Origin: Naegleria gruberi
Taxonomy: Eukaryota
Length of the DNA stretch: 64,000 nucleotides
Assembly: GCA_000004985.1 (NCBI GenBank)
Contig: GG738884.1
Strand: one strand, 5' to 3'
The translations under genes and the position numbers were made by a program. This document shows, in pieces, positions 11,013 through 22,977 of the stretch. How positions within the stretch are numbered: position 1 is the stretch's first letter; every line of letters starts with the position of its first letter. A model generated the notes under the pieces. It was not told the origin of the DNA. It made no database searches and worked only from the letters and a program-made list of their open reading frames with translations.

Positions 11013-11417
11013 ATGATGAACATTAATAGACTCAGACTCGTGAATAGATTCATTGCCTCTTCCACTCCTCATAAGAGTACATCATCACTCCGATACATGA
11101 TCAACAATAATAATTGTATGGCTACTACTACTGCTGCTTCCTTCCATGTTGATATTAAGAATAATCACATTATCTTGACAGAGGAGAAGAGAGTGTTTTT
11201 AGAAGCTTTGAAACTTGAATTGTTTAATAGCAGTCGATCAAATGTGGCGAATATGATCAAGGATAATAGTCAGCAATCATCATCGTATTCTACAGCAACT
11301 GTTGTTTCTAATGATGATGGGTTTGATAAGAGTTTGGAAAACTCACGAAATTTAATGTGTCACAAGAGACATGATGTGCTGACTCAGCAAGAGTCTGAAT
11401 ACTTTTTGTACTTGTAA
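11013..11417 (+). CDS. Hypothetical 134-aa protein
   Basis: Isolated ORF with an S/T/N-rich N-terminus. No domain recognised. Support is weak. Confidence 0.3.
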   Translation: MMNINRLRLVNRFIASSTPHKSTSSLRYMINNNNCMATTTAASFHVDIKNNHIILTEEKRVFLEALKLELFNSSRSNVANMIKDNSQQSSSYSTATVVSNDDGFDKSLENSRNLMCHKRHDVLTQQESEYFLYL

Positions 11418-11488
11418 ATATTATTTACAATTTCATTGTATTATAAATGTACATTATTTATTATATTCTCTTTGTTGATTGTAATATC

Positions 11489-11878
11489 TTATAAGTTAAT
11501 ATTATTGTTGGTTAACTTGGAAATCATGGAGTTGACTCTTGTGAGTTCATTGAGATAGATAGATGCCAATCTATTCAAATCACCCAAACTCATGTCGCCA
11601 TATTGAACATCTGCCAAGGCAATTTCTATTTGATCAACATAAGCACTTTCTTTTTCGCTTAATGACAACTTATTTGATTTAACCTTATCAAGTTCCTTTT
11701 GAGCTTGATCTTTCTGGATTGATACCTTTGAGCAAGCTTGCTGAAGGTGCTCTTGCTTCTTCTTTTCATCTGTAAGAACATTCCTAAGCCTGGTCTTTTC
11801 ATTCTCCATAACTTTGGTCTTCTCTCTCTCTTGTTGGATTAGGGCAAGAAGTTGTTCAACAGTTGGTTGTGCACTCAT
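11489..11878 (-). CDS. Small coiled-coil protein (129 aa)
   Basis: E/K/Q-rich heptad-like sequence (EQLLALIQQEREKTKVMENEKTRLRNVL...). Discrete ORF between two larger genes. Confidence 0.4.
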   Translation of the reverse strand: MSAQPTVEQLLALIQQEREKTKVMENEKTRLRNVLTDEKKKQEHLQQACSKVSIQKDQAQKELDKVKSNKLSLSEKESAYVDQIEIALADVQYGDMSLGDLNRLASIYLNELTRVNSMISKLTNNNINL

Positions 11879-11962
11879 ATTGGTTTGTTTTTTTATGTTT
11901 TACTCCAAAAAAAGAAGTTTCCTTAATAATTGTTAATCACCAATTTAGTATCAAACTAAAAA

Positions 11963-13960
11963 ATGTTCAGATACGGCATTGCTTTTTTATTGATTCTGTG
12001 TTGCAGCATTAATGTTTACAGTTTGTCCTCAAAAGTTGTCAGCTGCACCGATGCCTCATGCACAACACAACTTGCAGTTCAAATATCTTTAGCCTTTGGA
12101 AATCAAAAATCGATGTTAGTAGAATTATCAGACACTGTGAATGAAAAGGGAGAAAAAGTTAATCTAAGGCCTATTAAGATTGTTATTCAGAAGTCAGCTC
12201 CGAAGGCTGTGTATCCTCTATTGTATGTGAAAACGTTTAACGGAAAACCAACAGAAAGCATAATTTACAAAGATGACATTCTTGTTCCAACTTGTGATGA
12301 TTCTTCAAAATCAGCAGCTCCAACTTGTGGTTGGGTAAAGGATAGCCAAGGAAACAAAATACCTGATAGCCAAGGCTTTTGTTGCTCCTGTTCAGTAGGA
12401 CAAATGTTCGGGGACAGTTCAGCGTCTAATAGAGGCGCTCTTAATTGTGGATTTATGCAAATGAAGTCTTCTGCTCACTGTTTACGTCTGGGAGAAGTTT
12501 ACTGGGATGCTTATGAAATAGAAGGTTATGTTATGTCATTTGAAATATCAGTATTCATAGGTGAAACTGGGTTTGATGATATTGGAAAAGTCACTGTTTC
12601 ACCATCATCTAAGTTAGCCCAACTGCCAAAAGGAGGAAGAGTAGAGCTTGAAGGGGACTTCTCTGCTTACAAATCAGTCCCACTTTATGAAAGCAAGTAT
12701 CTATTCATTCCAAGCTCTCCCAAAACAAGTCCAATAGTGGTCAACGGCCAAGCCAACTGGATGTTTATTGACAAATCAATGGTTACCTTAAGTGGTTCAG
12801 AATGCGATAAAATTGGTGTGTCATATGCTCAGTTCAGAAACCAACCAAATGCATGCTCAAGACCAGCACTTACTTGTCTAGCAAATCAAATAGAAGATCT
12901 AAGACTTGCAGACGTTGAATTAATGAAATCAGGCCTAAAATCTGGAAAATATATTGTTTCGAATTTTGGATCATTTGCTGTTAACAAAACCAATACAGGA
13001 AATGTATTAGAAAAGTATTTGGATGAAGATACTAATTCTCAGATCAATTTGTATATTAATGGTGAAAATGTAAAGTTTCTAATAACCAAAAGTGCAGCTG
13101 AAATTTCAGAAGCATATGTTAAAACATTTACTTCCCTTTCCAAAGAAGGTGAAATGTTGGTTAGTGTGAAAAACAAAGGCGCAAATGGTTGTTCCTACGT
13201 TGTAACAGTAACAGAATGCAGTGACAACATTCTTACAATTGTTCAACAAACAGTATTTGTAGATGCATCTAATAAGAAAGAATTAACCTTTCAAGTTAGA
13301 TCAGAGCAGAAACTAGCCACAACCAATCAGTGCAAAGTAACTCTGTTGTTTTCTGATGGTGAAAAAATTCAAGATATCACAGTTACCTTTGACTCAAAGG
13401 ATTACGCTTATGAAAATGCAATGGAAAGCAGTGGAGAACAAACAGGAAAAGTGGAAACAGAAGGAGATCACTCACTAGGTCAATGTAAATGTAACTCCCC
13501 ATTCGATGTGGTCTGTATTGTTCTCAATTCAAGCTCATGTACCTCCTACATTATTGGTTGGGTTGCCTCAATAGTTGGTATTATTGCAACTCCTGTAATC
13601 TTTGTCTTTTTGTGGAGATGTGGTCTATTTGGCCTAATGTTCAAGACGTGTAAATGTTGTGCTTGTTGCTGTTCCTTTCTTCCAACAAGTATTATGAATT
13701 GTCTTATTGGTCCTTATAAGAAGAAATCCAAAAAATCCAAGAAATCCAAAAAGAAGAAACGTCACCACTCTTCCTCTGATAGTGAAGATGAAAAGAAATC
13801 CAAAAAGAAAAAGAAGAAGAGCAAGAAGAATAAGAAGAGAAGGAAGAAGAGACGTCAACAACGTAGAGATGATTTTGAAATGGACTATTACAATGACAGA
13901 TACTCAAAGAGGAGAAGTCACAAGGATATTGAACATGATCCAATTGCTAGGTATAAATAG
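11963..13960 (+). CDS. HAP2: HAP2/GCS1-type gamete fusogen candidate: signal peptide, Cys-rich ectodomain, TM, poly-Cys juxtamembrane segment, polybasic tail
   Basis: 665 aa. Signal peptide MFRYGIAFLLILCCSINVYS. Ectodomain carries the motif PTCGWVKDSQGNKIPDSQGFCCSCSVGQMFGD...NCGF, consistent with the HAP2-GCS1 signature region. One TM helix (IIGWVASIVGIIATPVIFVFLW) is followed by a palmitoylation-like Cys cluster (CKCCACCC) and a K/R/H-rich tail (KKKSKKSKKSKKKKRHH...KKRRKKRRQQRR), as in algal and plant HAP2. Confidence 0.65.
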   Translation: MFRYGIAFLLILCCSINVYSLSSKVVSCTDASCTTQLAVQISLAFGNQKSMLVELSDTVNEKGEKVNLRPIKIVIQKSAPKAVYPLLYVKTFNGKPTESIIYKDDILVPTCDDSSKSAAPTCGWVKDSQGNKIPDSQGFCCSCSVGQMFGDSSASNRGALNCGFMQMKSSAHCLRLGEVYWDAYEIEGYVMSFEISVFIGETGFDDIGKVTVSPSSKLAQLPKGGRVELEGDFSAYKSVPLYESKYLFIPSSPKTSPIVVNGQANWMFIDKSMVTLSGSECDKIGVSYAQFRNQPNACSRPALTCLANQIEDLRLADVELMKSGLKSGKYIVSNFGSFAVNKTNTGNVLEKYLDEDTNSQINLYINGENVKFLITKSAAEISEAYVKTFTSLSKEGEMLVSVKNKGANGCSYVVTVTECSDNILTIVQQTVFVDASNKKELTFQVRSEQKLATTNQCKVTLLFSDGEKIQDITVTFDSKDYAYENAMESSGEQTGKVETEGDHSLGQCKCNSPFDVVCIVLNSSSCTSYIIGWVASIVGIIATPVIFVFLWRCGLFGLMFKTCKCCACCCSFLPTSIMNCLIGPYKKKSKKSKKSKKKKRHHSSSDSEDEKKSKKKKKKSKKNKKRRKKRRQQRRDDFEMDYYNDRYSKRRSHKDIEHDPIARYK

Positions 13961-14008
13961 TTCTGTAAAATAAAATTATTGTAAATAGAAATCAATTATA
14001 AATACTAT

Positions 14009-15605
14009 TTACAAAATTATACATAGAGAAGGGCCATCTGTAGTATCTTCGTCATTCCTCTTTCTCTTCTTTGGTTGGTTTGCATTTTTCAAGAATTTTT
14101 CTGGAACTTGAACATGCTCCACAATTTCAAAGTCGTGTGTAAAGTTTCCATCCTCTACAGGTTGTATTTGTGGAGTAATTTCGGTATTTTGTTCTGAAAC
14201 TAATTGTTTCAGATCCAAATCCTTTAGCTCGAATTTCTTATATACAGCCTCTGCATCTTTCCATATTTCGTGAGGTTCTGGGATTTCAAATTCTTTCACT
14301 GCTCCAACTTCTTTAGCTGGAAGGAGATCAGGAACCTCTGATGGCATAGATTGATGGTACACGAGAGAATTCTCACGTGAATACTTCTCGGTAAATCTTT
14401 GAATTTCTGATTCCACTAATTTATATTCATTTTCCAAACTTGCCTTGTCAAATTGAGTGAATAACATTTTAGAATATTCTTTGTAAATACTCTTTGAATT
14501 TTCAAAAAGCTTGGAGGCCTCCTCCATTAATTTCATGGCCTTTCCATTTTCATCATTCTTGTTATAATCAAATGCTGAATATACATGAGAAAGAATATTG
14601 TAAAATGAAACCTTAAGTAATAAATGGACTTTGAGCTTTGGCTCCTCTGACTTGACATATTTCATAGCCTCCTTATACTTTTCGTGGACAAACATTGAGA
14701 GTTTGGCAATAGACTCCAGAGATGTCAACTCTTTTTCTAGAGCAATTCTAATGGCCAGCTCCTGAGCTTGGGCTCTTGTAATGCAATACATCATATTGCA
14801 CATGTCGACAGAGTTACTCTGAGTAAATTTCATTCCACCATAATTTGTCTTGAATTGAACTGCAACATTTTCAGCACAAAACTTCCACAATGAAGCTGAC
14901 CTCAAAATTAATTGAAGTGCTTGCTTTTTGTCAAATACCATTCTTTCATTTGCAAAGTTTAACAAAGAAACACTGGCAGTACTGAGCATCATTAGCATTT
15001 CATATAGGGCATCATTGCTTTCCACCTTGATGGAATTATGCCACCAATTATATACAGAAATGAACTGCAACTTGCTTAACATTGGAAGTGTCTTGGAATC
15101 AACTTTCACTTCTTCCTCCTCCTCTTCCTCTTCCTCACGAACCATAACTCCAGCACCTCCACTTGAAGATGCTCTGTTTCCAGATGATGATTTCTTTGAT
15201 TTCTCCTCCTGTTTGGTCTCTTGTTCCTTATCATCAACCATCGGAGCTGACAAATCCCAAACCAATCCAACCAAGACACTCACATACTCCATAATCTTGT
15301 TATATAATTCTTCATTATCTTTTTCAACCATCAACATTTTCCCATTTGAAAATAACAAACTTACAACTTTTTTGTTCCATCAAATTCCTAACTTGTTCCC
15401 TCTTTTCCATCAATATTTTGGCCAACTCTCCATCAAATGATTTACAATGCCTCTCAAACATCTTTTCAAATACACATCGATTCGTCACTCTGATCGCAAA
15501 TAAACAATTCAAATTTCCATCCAAGGCTTTTCTTCCCTCCGAAGCATACTCCACCAACAAGTGGAAAGGTGGAAAATCTCGATTGCCTGGTAGTTGTGGA
15601 GGCAT
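14009..15605 (-). CDS. BROX-like Bro1-domain protein with a C-terminal CaaX prenylation box (CIIL). Two exons: join(14009..15318,15365..15605).
   Basis: A 46-nt intron (15319..15364, GTAAGT...AAAAAG) joins the N-terminal exon (MPPQLPGNRDFPPFHLLVEYASEG...) to the main exon in frame. The segment NSLVYHQSMPSEVPDLLPAKEVG aligns to the BROX segment [22 protein letters not shown]. The C-terminus ...DGPSLCIIL ends in a CaaX box, as human BROX does (CYIS). Confidence 0.65.
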
Positions 15606-15829
15606 TTTTTTAGATTTGAATTTGCCGCCAATTCGAAAAGATTTTCACCCTTATGTAACACGCATATTTAAAAAATTTACTGTAAATAATTTCTAAAACA
15701 AGTATTTAGTATTGAATTCAATAGTATTTGTAATATTTAATACAAACAATTGTTTCATTTACAAAGTGTTGAAAAGGAACTTGAGAATCAATCAAATGTC
15801 AACTACATACTTCAACAAACATAAAAAAA

Positions 15830-18334
15830 ATGTCATACGGTCGATCTAAGAAGAAGAGTATTTTCGGAGGCTTTTTTAAAAGTATGTTTTTTCAAAATAT
15901 TGACATTCAATTAATTATTATCATCATTAAATACTTAAATTATTTAAATATTTTGTAAACTATTTAATAGGTAATGACAATGAAGTAAATTTGGAAGATT
16001 ATGCTCTCAGTCAATGGACTACGCAAATGGTAGTTTCTTGGTTAAAAGACCAAGGACATGATAAGAAGGTAATTTTATATCTTTAATATTATATGTTATA
16101 TAGTTAAATACTATTTTGTAAACTATTTAAAAATTACACCAACAACAACAACAATATAACAAAAAAAAACGGAAATATAATTGGACATTTTCATCATATG
16201 ATTTTACAACAACAATAACAAAATTCCAAAAAAAACCATATCATTGTAATAATATTTAAATATTTTAAATATTAAATAATATTTAAATATTTTAAATATT
16301 AAATAATATTTATAGGTTTACAAAATATTTGAAAAGAACAAAATAACAGGAGCTTTCTTTTGTCAAAATGTAACCAAAGCAGATATCATCCGTTTAGGAT
16401 TTACACCTGGAATGTCAATCACACTTCACAATCAAATTGAAAAATTAATTGAAAGAATGAAATCCATCAATCCCTATAATGTAATTCTCAGTAGTAGACC
16501 ACATCATCCAAGTAATACTACAAATAATCAGAGTTCAAATAGTATTGCTAGTTCAAGTTCTTTGAGTTTATCTTCTAGAAATAGTATGAAATATGATGGT
16601 GCTGCTTTGGCACAATTGAGTGGATTGAATGGAGTTGATCCAAAGGATTCGAATAATGTGTTATTGACACCACCTCGTCCAAGTTTAGTTTCGAAAGGTT
16701 CGACAGGAAGTATTATGGCACTCACAACACAAACTTCACCACTCAATATTTCACAATCATCTCCAGGATTTTCTGAAAAGGATATTCCAATGTTTGCTCA
16801 TCATCAACGTAAATTTTCAATGGCAATTCAAAATCAAGGTCCATTAACATCAACAAATGGTGAAGAGAATGTGTTTGTTGAACCTGCTTATTCTTCAACT
16901 GGAGCATTGTCAATTGCAGATATTGAAATTGAGGATGATTACTTTTTGAAAATGGAAATGGAATCATTTACTGTGGGTAGCAAACAAGAAGAAGAGAAGG
17001 AACTTCAAGAATTCCTTTCTGAACCAACTGTTGCCGGTGAAAATACTCCATCAGTTGTCGATCAAACTCCATCCTCTCCTGGAACTAATAGTCCAACAAG
17101 TGGAAACTCATCACCAATTAGTACAACTAGCACCAGTAGTGTTGCAAATAATAGTTCCAGTAATAATATCATTTCATCGGCATCTTCACCAACAACCAAT
17201 TCAAAATACTTGTTGGTTCCTGTTGCTCCAATGGAGAAAGTTCCAGAAGAATATGCAGCTGCCTATGAATTTTGCCTGACCAATCTGAGATTACTTCCAT
17301 TTGAAGTGAATAATATCAAAGCAGTAGCTCAGGATTTGGTTATTCCAGAAAGATTCATGTTTAAATATTGTAATATCAAACATTATATGCCAGATGATGA
17401 TGAAGACGAAACTGGTTCTGAAAGAGCATCAGTTGTCAGAACAATGACCAAGACTTTTTTGAAAGTACAATTTGTTATCAATGCTACAGATCGTGGTGTT
17501 TGGTTTAAAATGCAGAGACAATATAAGAATCAACTGAAAGGATACAAACCACACAAATTCGGATCTTTCTATCCAGCTCTTTTAATTGGACCATTCCTTT
17601 TCGAATATACATCACATGGTTTTGCATTGGTGAGAATTTCCAAATCAAAGAGAGTTGTAGGTCATGAAATCACAACAATTACAGGTGCTGATAAGGTGAA
17701 GGAATTACTTCAAAAGGTTTCACAGGTGTGCTGTGAATTCAATGGTTCACGAAAGTTTGACATTCAAAAGAATAATCCAATGAGCTTTGTCTATGCAGTT
17801 TTGGATAAACTCAAAATTAGAAAATCAATTGAAAATCACTTAGGAAAAGGTTGCATCAAAGCTTTCATTCAAAATTTGGAAAAATTTGGATATTACAGCA
17901 TGACACTCAATTTACCAAAACAATTAGCAACCTTGTTAGGAAAGGAAGAATATATCATTGACAGCCATAAGGACTTGGATGAACTTCATATTAATATTCA
18001 AACTAACTTCCCAGAGTACTTTGATGTTGAAGGTAAAATGGATGAAACTCTCTTACAATCATTTGACATTTCATTCTGGTATCTCCATCATGAAAATAAG
18101 ACAGTTGAAGATTTCAAACCTGCATATTCTGGAAAAATCTGTAAGTGTCCATTCAACATGTTAGAAAAGCACCCAATTGATATGATTGAAAGCGTATCAA
18201 AGTCCAATTACCGAGGTGCCAAACATCATATGCAAAATGTTCTGCCAACGAGACCAGCTTATGGGCTCGCCTCTGTGTCTTCATCTGCTAACTTGACTGA
18301 AATGGGATCACCAACAAGTGAAACCAAGTGTTGA
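15830..18334 (+). CDS. SAM (sterile alpha motif) domain protein with a long S/T/N-rich C-terminal region. Three exons: join(15830..15881,15971..16068,16316..18334).
   Basis: Exon 1 (MSYGRSKKKSIFGGFFK) ends AAAAG|GTATGT. Exon 2 (...NDNEVNLEDYALSQWTTQMVVSWLKDQGHDKK) ends AAG|GTAATT. Exon 3 starts after TATAG and reads VYKIFEKNKITGAFFCQNVTKADIIRLGFTPGMSITLHNQIEKL..., completing a SAM fold pattern (W..V..WL......Y...F....I.G..L..L...DL..LG....GH). Splice phases are consistent. Confidence 0.6.
16256..16315 (+). repeat. AT-only tandem duplication inside intron 2 of the SAM gene
   Basis: The unit ATATTTAAATATTTTAAATATTAAATA is repeated twice consecutively. Confidence 0.5.
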
Positions 18335-18455
18335 AAATAAATTATTCTAATATTTATTATTAACAACAATTGAATTGAACAATTTCACATGTCACTCAGA
18401 AGGAAATTAAGGAAATAAGGGATTAATTTTAAAATATTTTTTAATTACAAAAAGT

Positions 18456-20498
18456 TTATCTTCTGTCCTTCTTACCAATCGTTGTCTTACCACTGAACAA
18501 GTGCTTTGGCATCATATTGTAAACAACGTGATCTGTTTCAGCACGTTTACCTTCAGCTTGTATTGTCTTAACCTTCTTATTACGCAAATCAACAGCAGCA
18601 GCTTGCTTCTTTGGATCTTTGATACCAGCAAACTTACCAATCTTGGCAACAAGAGGATTGTGAGGTGTCAAAGTACGAGTTCTCTTACCGAGAGCAGTGT
18701 CATCAATATCAACAGAATCATATTCAGCAGCAGCACGCTTTTCAGAAGCACTTCTATTCATGGCCATCTTGCTTTCACTTCTGGCTCTAGCACCAACACT
18801 CGAAACAGCAAGCTTGTGAGTTCTACCTGATGAAGTAGTTCTAGCAACTGAGTTGGATCTAGCCTTATCCAAAGCTTCTTCTGGAACACCTCTGTTCTTA
18901 AGTTCACCAACAATTGACTTCAAATCAATTGGTTTATCCTTTCTTGTCAACTTAGGATGGTTAGTATTCTTATTATACTTGTTAGTTTGAATGATAATTG
19001 CCTTCTTATCAACAATCTTTTGGTAGTCATCTTCTTCATCAGAGTCAACAAAGTATTCTTCGTCGGCATAGTTAACACCTCCTTCGAATCCACCTTCTTC
19101 TCTGAGTCTTTCTTCTTCTTCAGCTTCGAGTTCTTCCAATCTCTTTTCAATTTCTGGATCCACAAAGTCAGCAATATTCTTTCCGTTAATAAATTCTGGA
19201 ATAATATCATATTTCCATTCTTCGTTCTTTAAAAGATAATGCTTCTTATAATCTGGCATGTAAACACCAGAACCACCTCCTTCATTTTCAAGATGTTTTT
19301 CAGTGATTCTTTCGTCTTCCATTTCATTTTCGATATTTCTCTTCAAAATGACGCTTTCTGGGATTTGTGGCACTCTTGTAATGTCATCTCTCTTCTTTGG
19401 AAGAGCCAAGTGAACTCTGTTCAAAATATTTTCAACTGACTTCTTACCATGACTCATCTTAGCTTCAACTCTGTTTTGGAGCAACAAATCACAAGCTTTA
19501 GTTTTAACTTCATTCAAACCAGATTGGTCAATGTTACTGATAGCAAGCATATCACTACACATATCAGCAACTTCTTGCAACATCTTCTTGTGTAAATCGC
19601 TCAATTCGTCATATTTAACCAAGTCAACCTTTGTTAAAACCAACAAAACTGGTTTACCAGCAAAAAGTGGTTTGACATTCTTGAAAAGGTCACATTGTTG
19701 TTGAATGTTGTATCCACAAGTTTCACTCATATCTAACAAATATAAAATAGTAGAACGCAAGTGAGCCATAGCTGTTATACTTTGCATTTCAATTGTGTTA
19801 CGTTGTTCAAGTGGATGGTCCAAAATACCTGGTGTATCAATCAATTGCCATTTCAAATAACGATATTCCATATGACCAACAAACAAGGATTTGGTTGTGA
19901 AAGGATAAGGTTGAACATCAACTTGAGCACGTGTCATATTATTCATAAAACTAGATTTACCAACGTTTGGATAACCAACTAGAATCAAAGTACGTGATGA
20001 TGGATCAATAGAAGGTAAACGAGCCAAGTGTTGTCTGACTTGTTCAAGATAGATAAGTGATGAATTTTGTTTAGTCAATACTGTAATCATTCTACCCAAA
20101 GCAGCTCTCTTCAATTGTTTGCAACGATATAAAGAGTCACCATATTTAAGTAAACGAACATAATCTCTACCAATAGCATCAACAAGATTTCTGCAGGTAC
20201 TTAATTGACCCAAAGCAAGCTTGTAGTGATCCTTATCATAGAGAACGTTCATCAAATCCTCATAGAATGGGTGAATATCTCCCAATCGTGGGAATTCATC
20301 AAGGATGAGAGTAATTTTATCGTGGATGGCTTGTTGACAAAATTTAACTTTTCTCATGTAGAATCTTCTAATACGATTGATAGCATATTGAGGGTGAATT
20401 TCGGTTGGTGTTTTTCTTTGTGTTTTCGAAAGAACAATGTCCATAAATTCTCTTCCGTTAGGAACTGGTGTAATCTTCTTAAAATTATAAACGACCAT
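18456..20498 (-). CDS. NOG1: Nucleolar GTP-binding protein 1 (NOG1/GTPBP4 family)
   Basis: 680-aa single exon with a NOG1 N-terminal domain and an OBG-type G domain: G1 GYPNVGKSSF, DTPG, and TKVD (NKxD variant). The C-terminal basic NOGCT-like region is present. Confidence 0.9.
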   Translation of the reverse strand: MVVYNFKKITPVPNGREFMDIVLSKTQRKTPTEIHPQYAINRIRRFYMRKVKFCQQAIHDKITLILDEFPRLGDIHPFYEDLMNVLYDKDHYKLALGQLSTCRNLVDAIGRDYVRLLKYGDSLYRCKQLKRAALGRMITVLTKQNSSLIYLEQVRQHLARLPSIDPSSRTLILVGYPNVGKSSFMNNMTRAQVDVQPYPFTTKSLFVGHMEYRYLKWQLIDTPGILDHPLEQRNTIEMQSITAMAHLRSTILYLLDMSETCGYNIQQQCDLFKNVKPLFAGKPVLLVLTKVDLVKYDELSDLHKKMLQEVADMCSDMLAISNIDQSGLNEVKTKACDLLLQNRVEAKMSHGKKSVENILNRVHLALPKKRDDITRVPQIPESVILKRNIENEMEDERITEKHLENEGGGSGVYMPDYKKHYLLKNEEWKYDIIPEFINGKNIADFVDPEIEKRLEELEAEEEERLREEGGFEGGVNYADEEYFVDSDEEDDYQKIVDKKAIIIQTNKYNKNTNHPKLTRKDKPIDLKSIVGELKNRGVPEEALDKARSNSVARTTSSGRTHKLAVSSVGARARSESKMAMNRSASEKRAAAEYDSVDIDDTALGKRTRTLTPHNPLVAKIGKFAGIKDPKKQAAAVDLRNKKVKTIQAEGKRAETDHVVYNMMPKHLFSGKTTIGKKDRR

Positions 20499-20862
20499 TG
20501 TTATATATTAGTTTTTTTAGTGGTAGTATTAATGATGAATGATGGAGAGAAGAGGTTTTACTTTGTGTGCGGAGGTGTATCTGTTTTTACTAGTACAAAG
20601 TAAAAGGAGGAAGATATGAGGGTGGTTGTTATTTTTTTTCTCGACAGAAATTTTTTGAAAAGGCTCTCAACAAAATGTTGCAAGTTTTTCTTCTTGGCAA
20701 TTGTTGAAGTTATTTTGAAAGATTCACGAGTTGATGATGATTGTGTGAGGTGCAATGGAAAGTAATCAGAAAAGAATGGAAGGAAATTATATAGATAGAA
20801 TTTTACTATATTGTTAAATAGTTCATGATCTAATTTGAACTAATTTTGTGTTCAATTATTAT

Positions 20863-22660
20863 TTACTTATCGGAAGAATGAAGAGCATCAACGGAAGTAT
20901 CAATATTGTTAATCTCTTGCAATTCTGTCATTAGTAGAGTCATAAAGAGATCAGTTTTGGAGAAGACTCTCACATTGGATTGCTTGTCGTAAGGAGTTTT
21001 CTGCAAATTAACAATACACATCAGATTATTGACATTCATCTTGGGTAATTGAGCAGCTGGATTCACGAGCATTGAGGTTCCAAGAACAATGGATAGATCA
21101 CATTTCTCTGAATGTGAGATGGCACTCTCAAGTTCTTTTGGTGGCAAGGTTTCATTGAAATGTACAATGGTGTCAATTAGTTCACCTCCACAACTTTCAC
21201 ACAAACTACCAGTCAAGTGATCTCTAAAGTTTTCAACAGTTTTACAAACATCATATCCTCTCAAATATTCCTTCTTGCATTTCTTACATACTTCAAGGAA
21301 GCAATTACCATGTAATTCAGATAAGTGAGCTGGTTCAAGACCACTTCTTCTATGAAGACCGTCCACGTTGGTTGAAATAACAAACTTTACCAAACCAATC
21401 TTGACAAGATGAGAAACAGCATAGTGTGTAAATGTTGGAAGAGCTTGTTCAATTTCAATGTTCTTAATTTCATTAGCTTTTCCTTCATTGGTTAAAGTCC
21501 AACATCCTTTTGGTCCACGATAATCTTTTCATTGTGAGTATATAATTGACTATTGGAATAAGAAACTTACCTGGAATTTTGGCACTTGTGGAAATACCTG
21601 CTCCTGAATAAATACAACAGTGTTTAGAATTCTTAATTAGATCTGCCATTTGTTTTGCCTTTTCTTGTACAACTTGTTCTTCTTCTTCATATTCCTTGGC
21701 ATCTTCAGTAAGTCCTGTCACTGCTCCAATTCCTTTTCCAGAACCAACATTTTCACCAAAACCAATACAATCAAGAAGATGCTTTTCTTTTGTTTCAGTC
21801 TTGTTTAGTTTCTTGTCAAAATTCTTAATTTGATCCAAAAAGGAAGAAGAGACTGACTCTGTGGTAACTTGTGGAGTTGGAGTAGTTGTAGCATTAGAGA
21901 TTGGTTGAGAAGGAGGGACCGGAACACTTGTGCTCTTTGTAGTTTCACCCTTTTTCTTAATAACAGGTGTCATGAAATTTTTCATTTTCTTTTCAAACTC
22001 TCTTTGAATTGCATCCTTCTTTTCCTTCTCTTCAAAAGTTGAGACGTAACCACTTCCCTCACGAATAGCCACAACTGTTTCTAGACTAATTGTGTTTGGG
22101 CTGTTTGAAAATCTTGAAATGAACTGAAGCGAATTTTTCATATCTTTTCCCAATTTCATTTCCGACAAGGATGGTATATCAATTGTGAATTCTTGAAGAA
22201 TTTTGCCACTATCTGTTTCAATAGAGAACTTGGTATTCCTAATATTGTAATTGGAAACAATCTTCATTTGTGAAAGAATATCATTAAGATCAACAATGTT
22301 GCTAAATTGTTCTTCAGAGATGATAAATGCAATTCTGCAATTTTTCACAGAATCTAATTGAAGAGTTTTGACCTTTTTAACTCCAATAGATAATTTACAA
22401 TCTCTGCATTTCAAAAATTCAACAAAACCAGTGGTGATTGATTCAACATCAACAACCACAGTTGTATCCTTATTATCTTCCATTATAATTTTCATACATT
22501 TTTGTGCTTGAAGAAGAAGTGTTGATCTTTCGCATTGGGTAACATATACCAAATCTTGAGGAGAGAATTTGCTTTCTACCCTTCCCGATGAGTCATCTAC
22601 AACTCCCTTGATCATAAAAGGGGATTTTGGGGTGAAATTTAAGGTAGGTAATCTAGTCAT
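20863..22660 (-). CDS. Sirtuin (Sir2 family, class IV SIRT6/7-like catalytic core) with a roughly 380-aa N-terminal extension. Two exons: join(20863..21524,21571..22660).
   Basis: A 46-nt intron (21525..21570, GTAAGTTTC...GAAAAG) splits the NAD-binding motif: exon 1 ends ...GAGISTSAKIP and exon 2 continues DYRGPKGCWTL, reconstituting GAGIS..IPDYRGP.G.W. Downstream are the Zn-binding cysteines CKKCKK...CESCGG and VISTNVDGLHRRSG. Confidence 0.8.
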
Positions 22661-22977
22661 TTTTTTAATGTTAAAAAAACTTGATTATTTACCATTATTC
22701 AAATGCTGATAAAGGAGAGTTCATATTTCCTTGATCGATTACTGTCAAGTATAATTCATCTCTGCAGATTATTTATTGCTAAGGTAATTACCTTTTTTAA
22801 ATCTGAAAAGAATGCACTAGGCAATTCATGCTTGGAGAATGCTGAAAAAGAGAAAAATAAAATATGAATCCTCTTTTATTTTTGTATCTGAAATGAGGTA
22901 TTTCAAATAACTCATTTCTTCTTTGTATATTTCAAATAAATAAAACAGTGCTGCAAAAGAGAAATAAAATATGAAAT

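Noticed and set aside
13634-13973. Overlapping ORFs on both strands across the HAP2 3' end
   Set aside because: They are produced by the AAG/AAA repeat that encodes the polybasic HAP2 tail, and they have no independent support.
21563-21573. ACTTACCTG resembling the 5' end of U1 snRNA
   Set aside because: It is the reverse complement of the minus-strand splice donor CAG|GTAAGT of the sirtuin intron. No U1 Sm site or stem-loops follow it.
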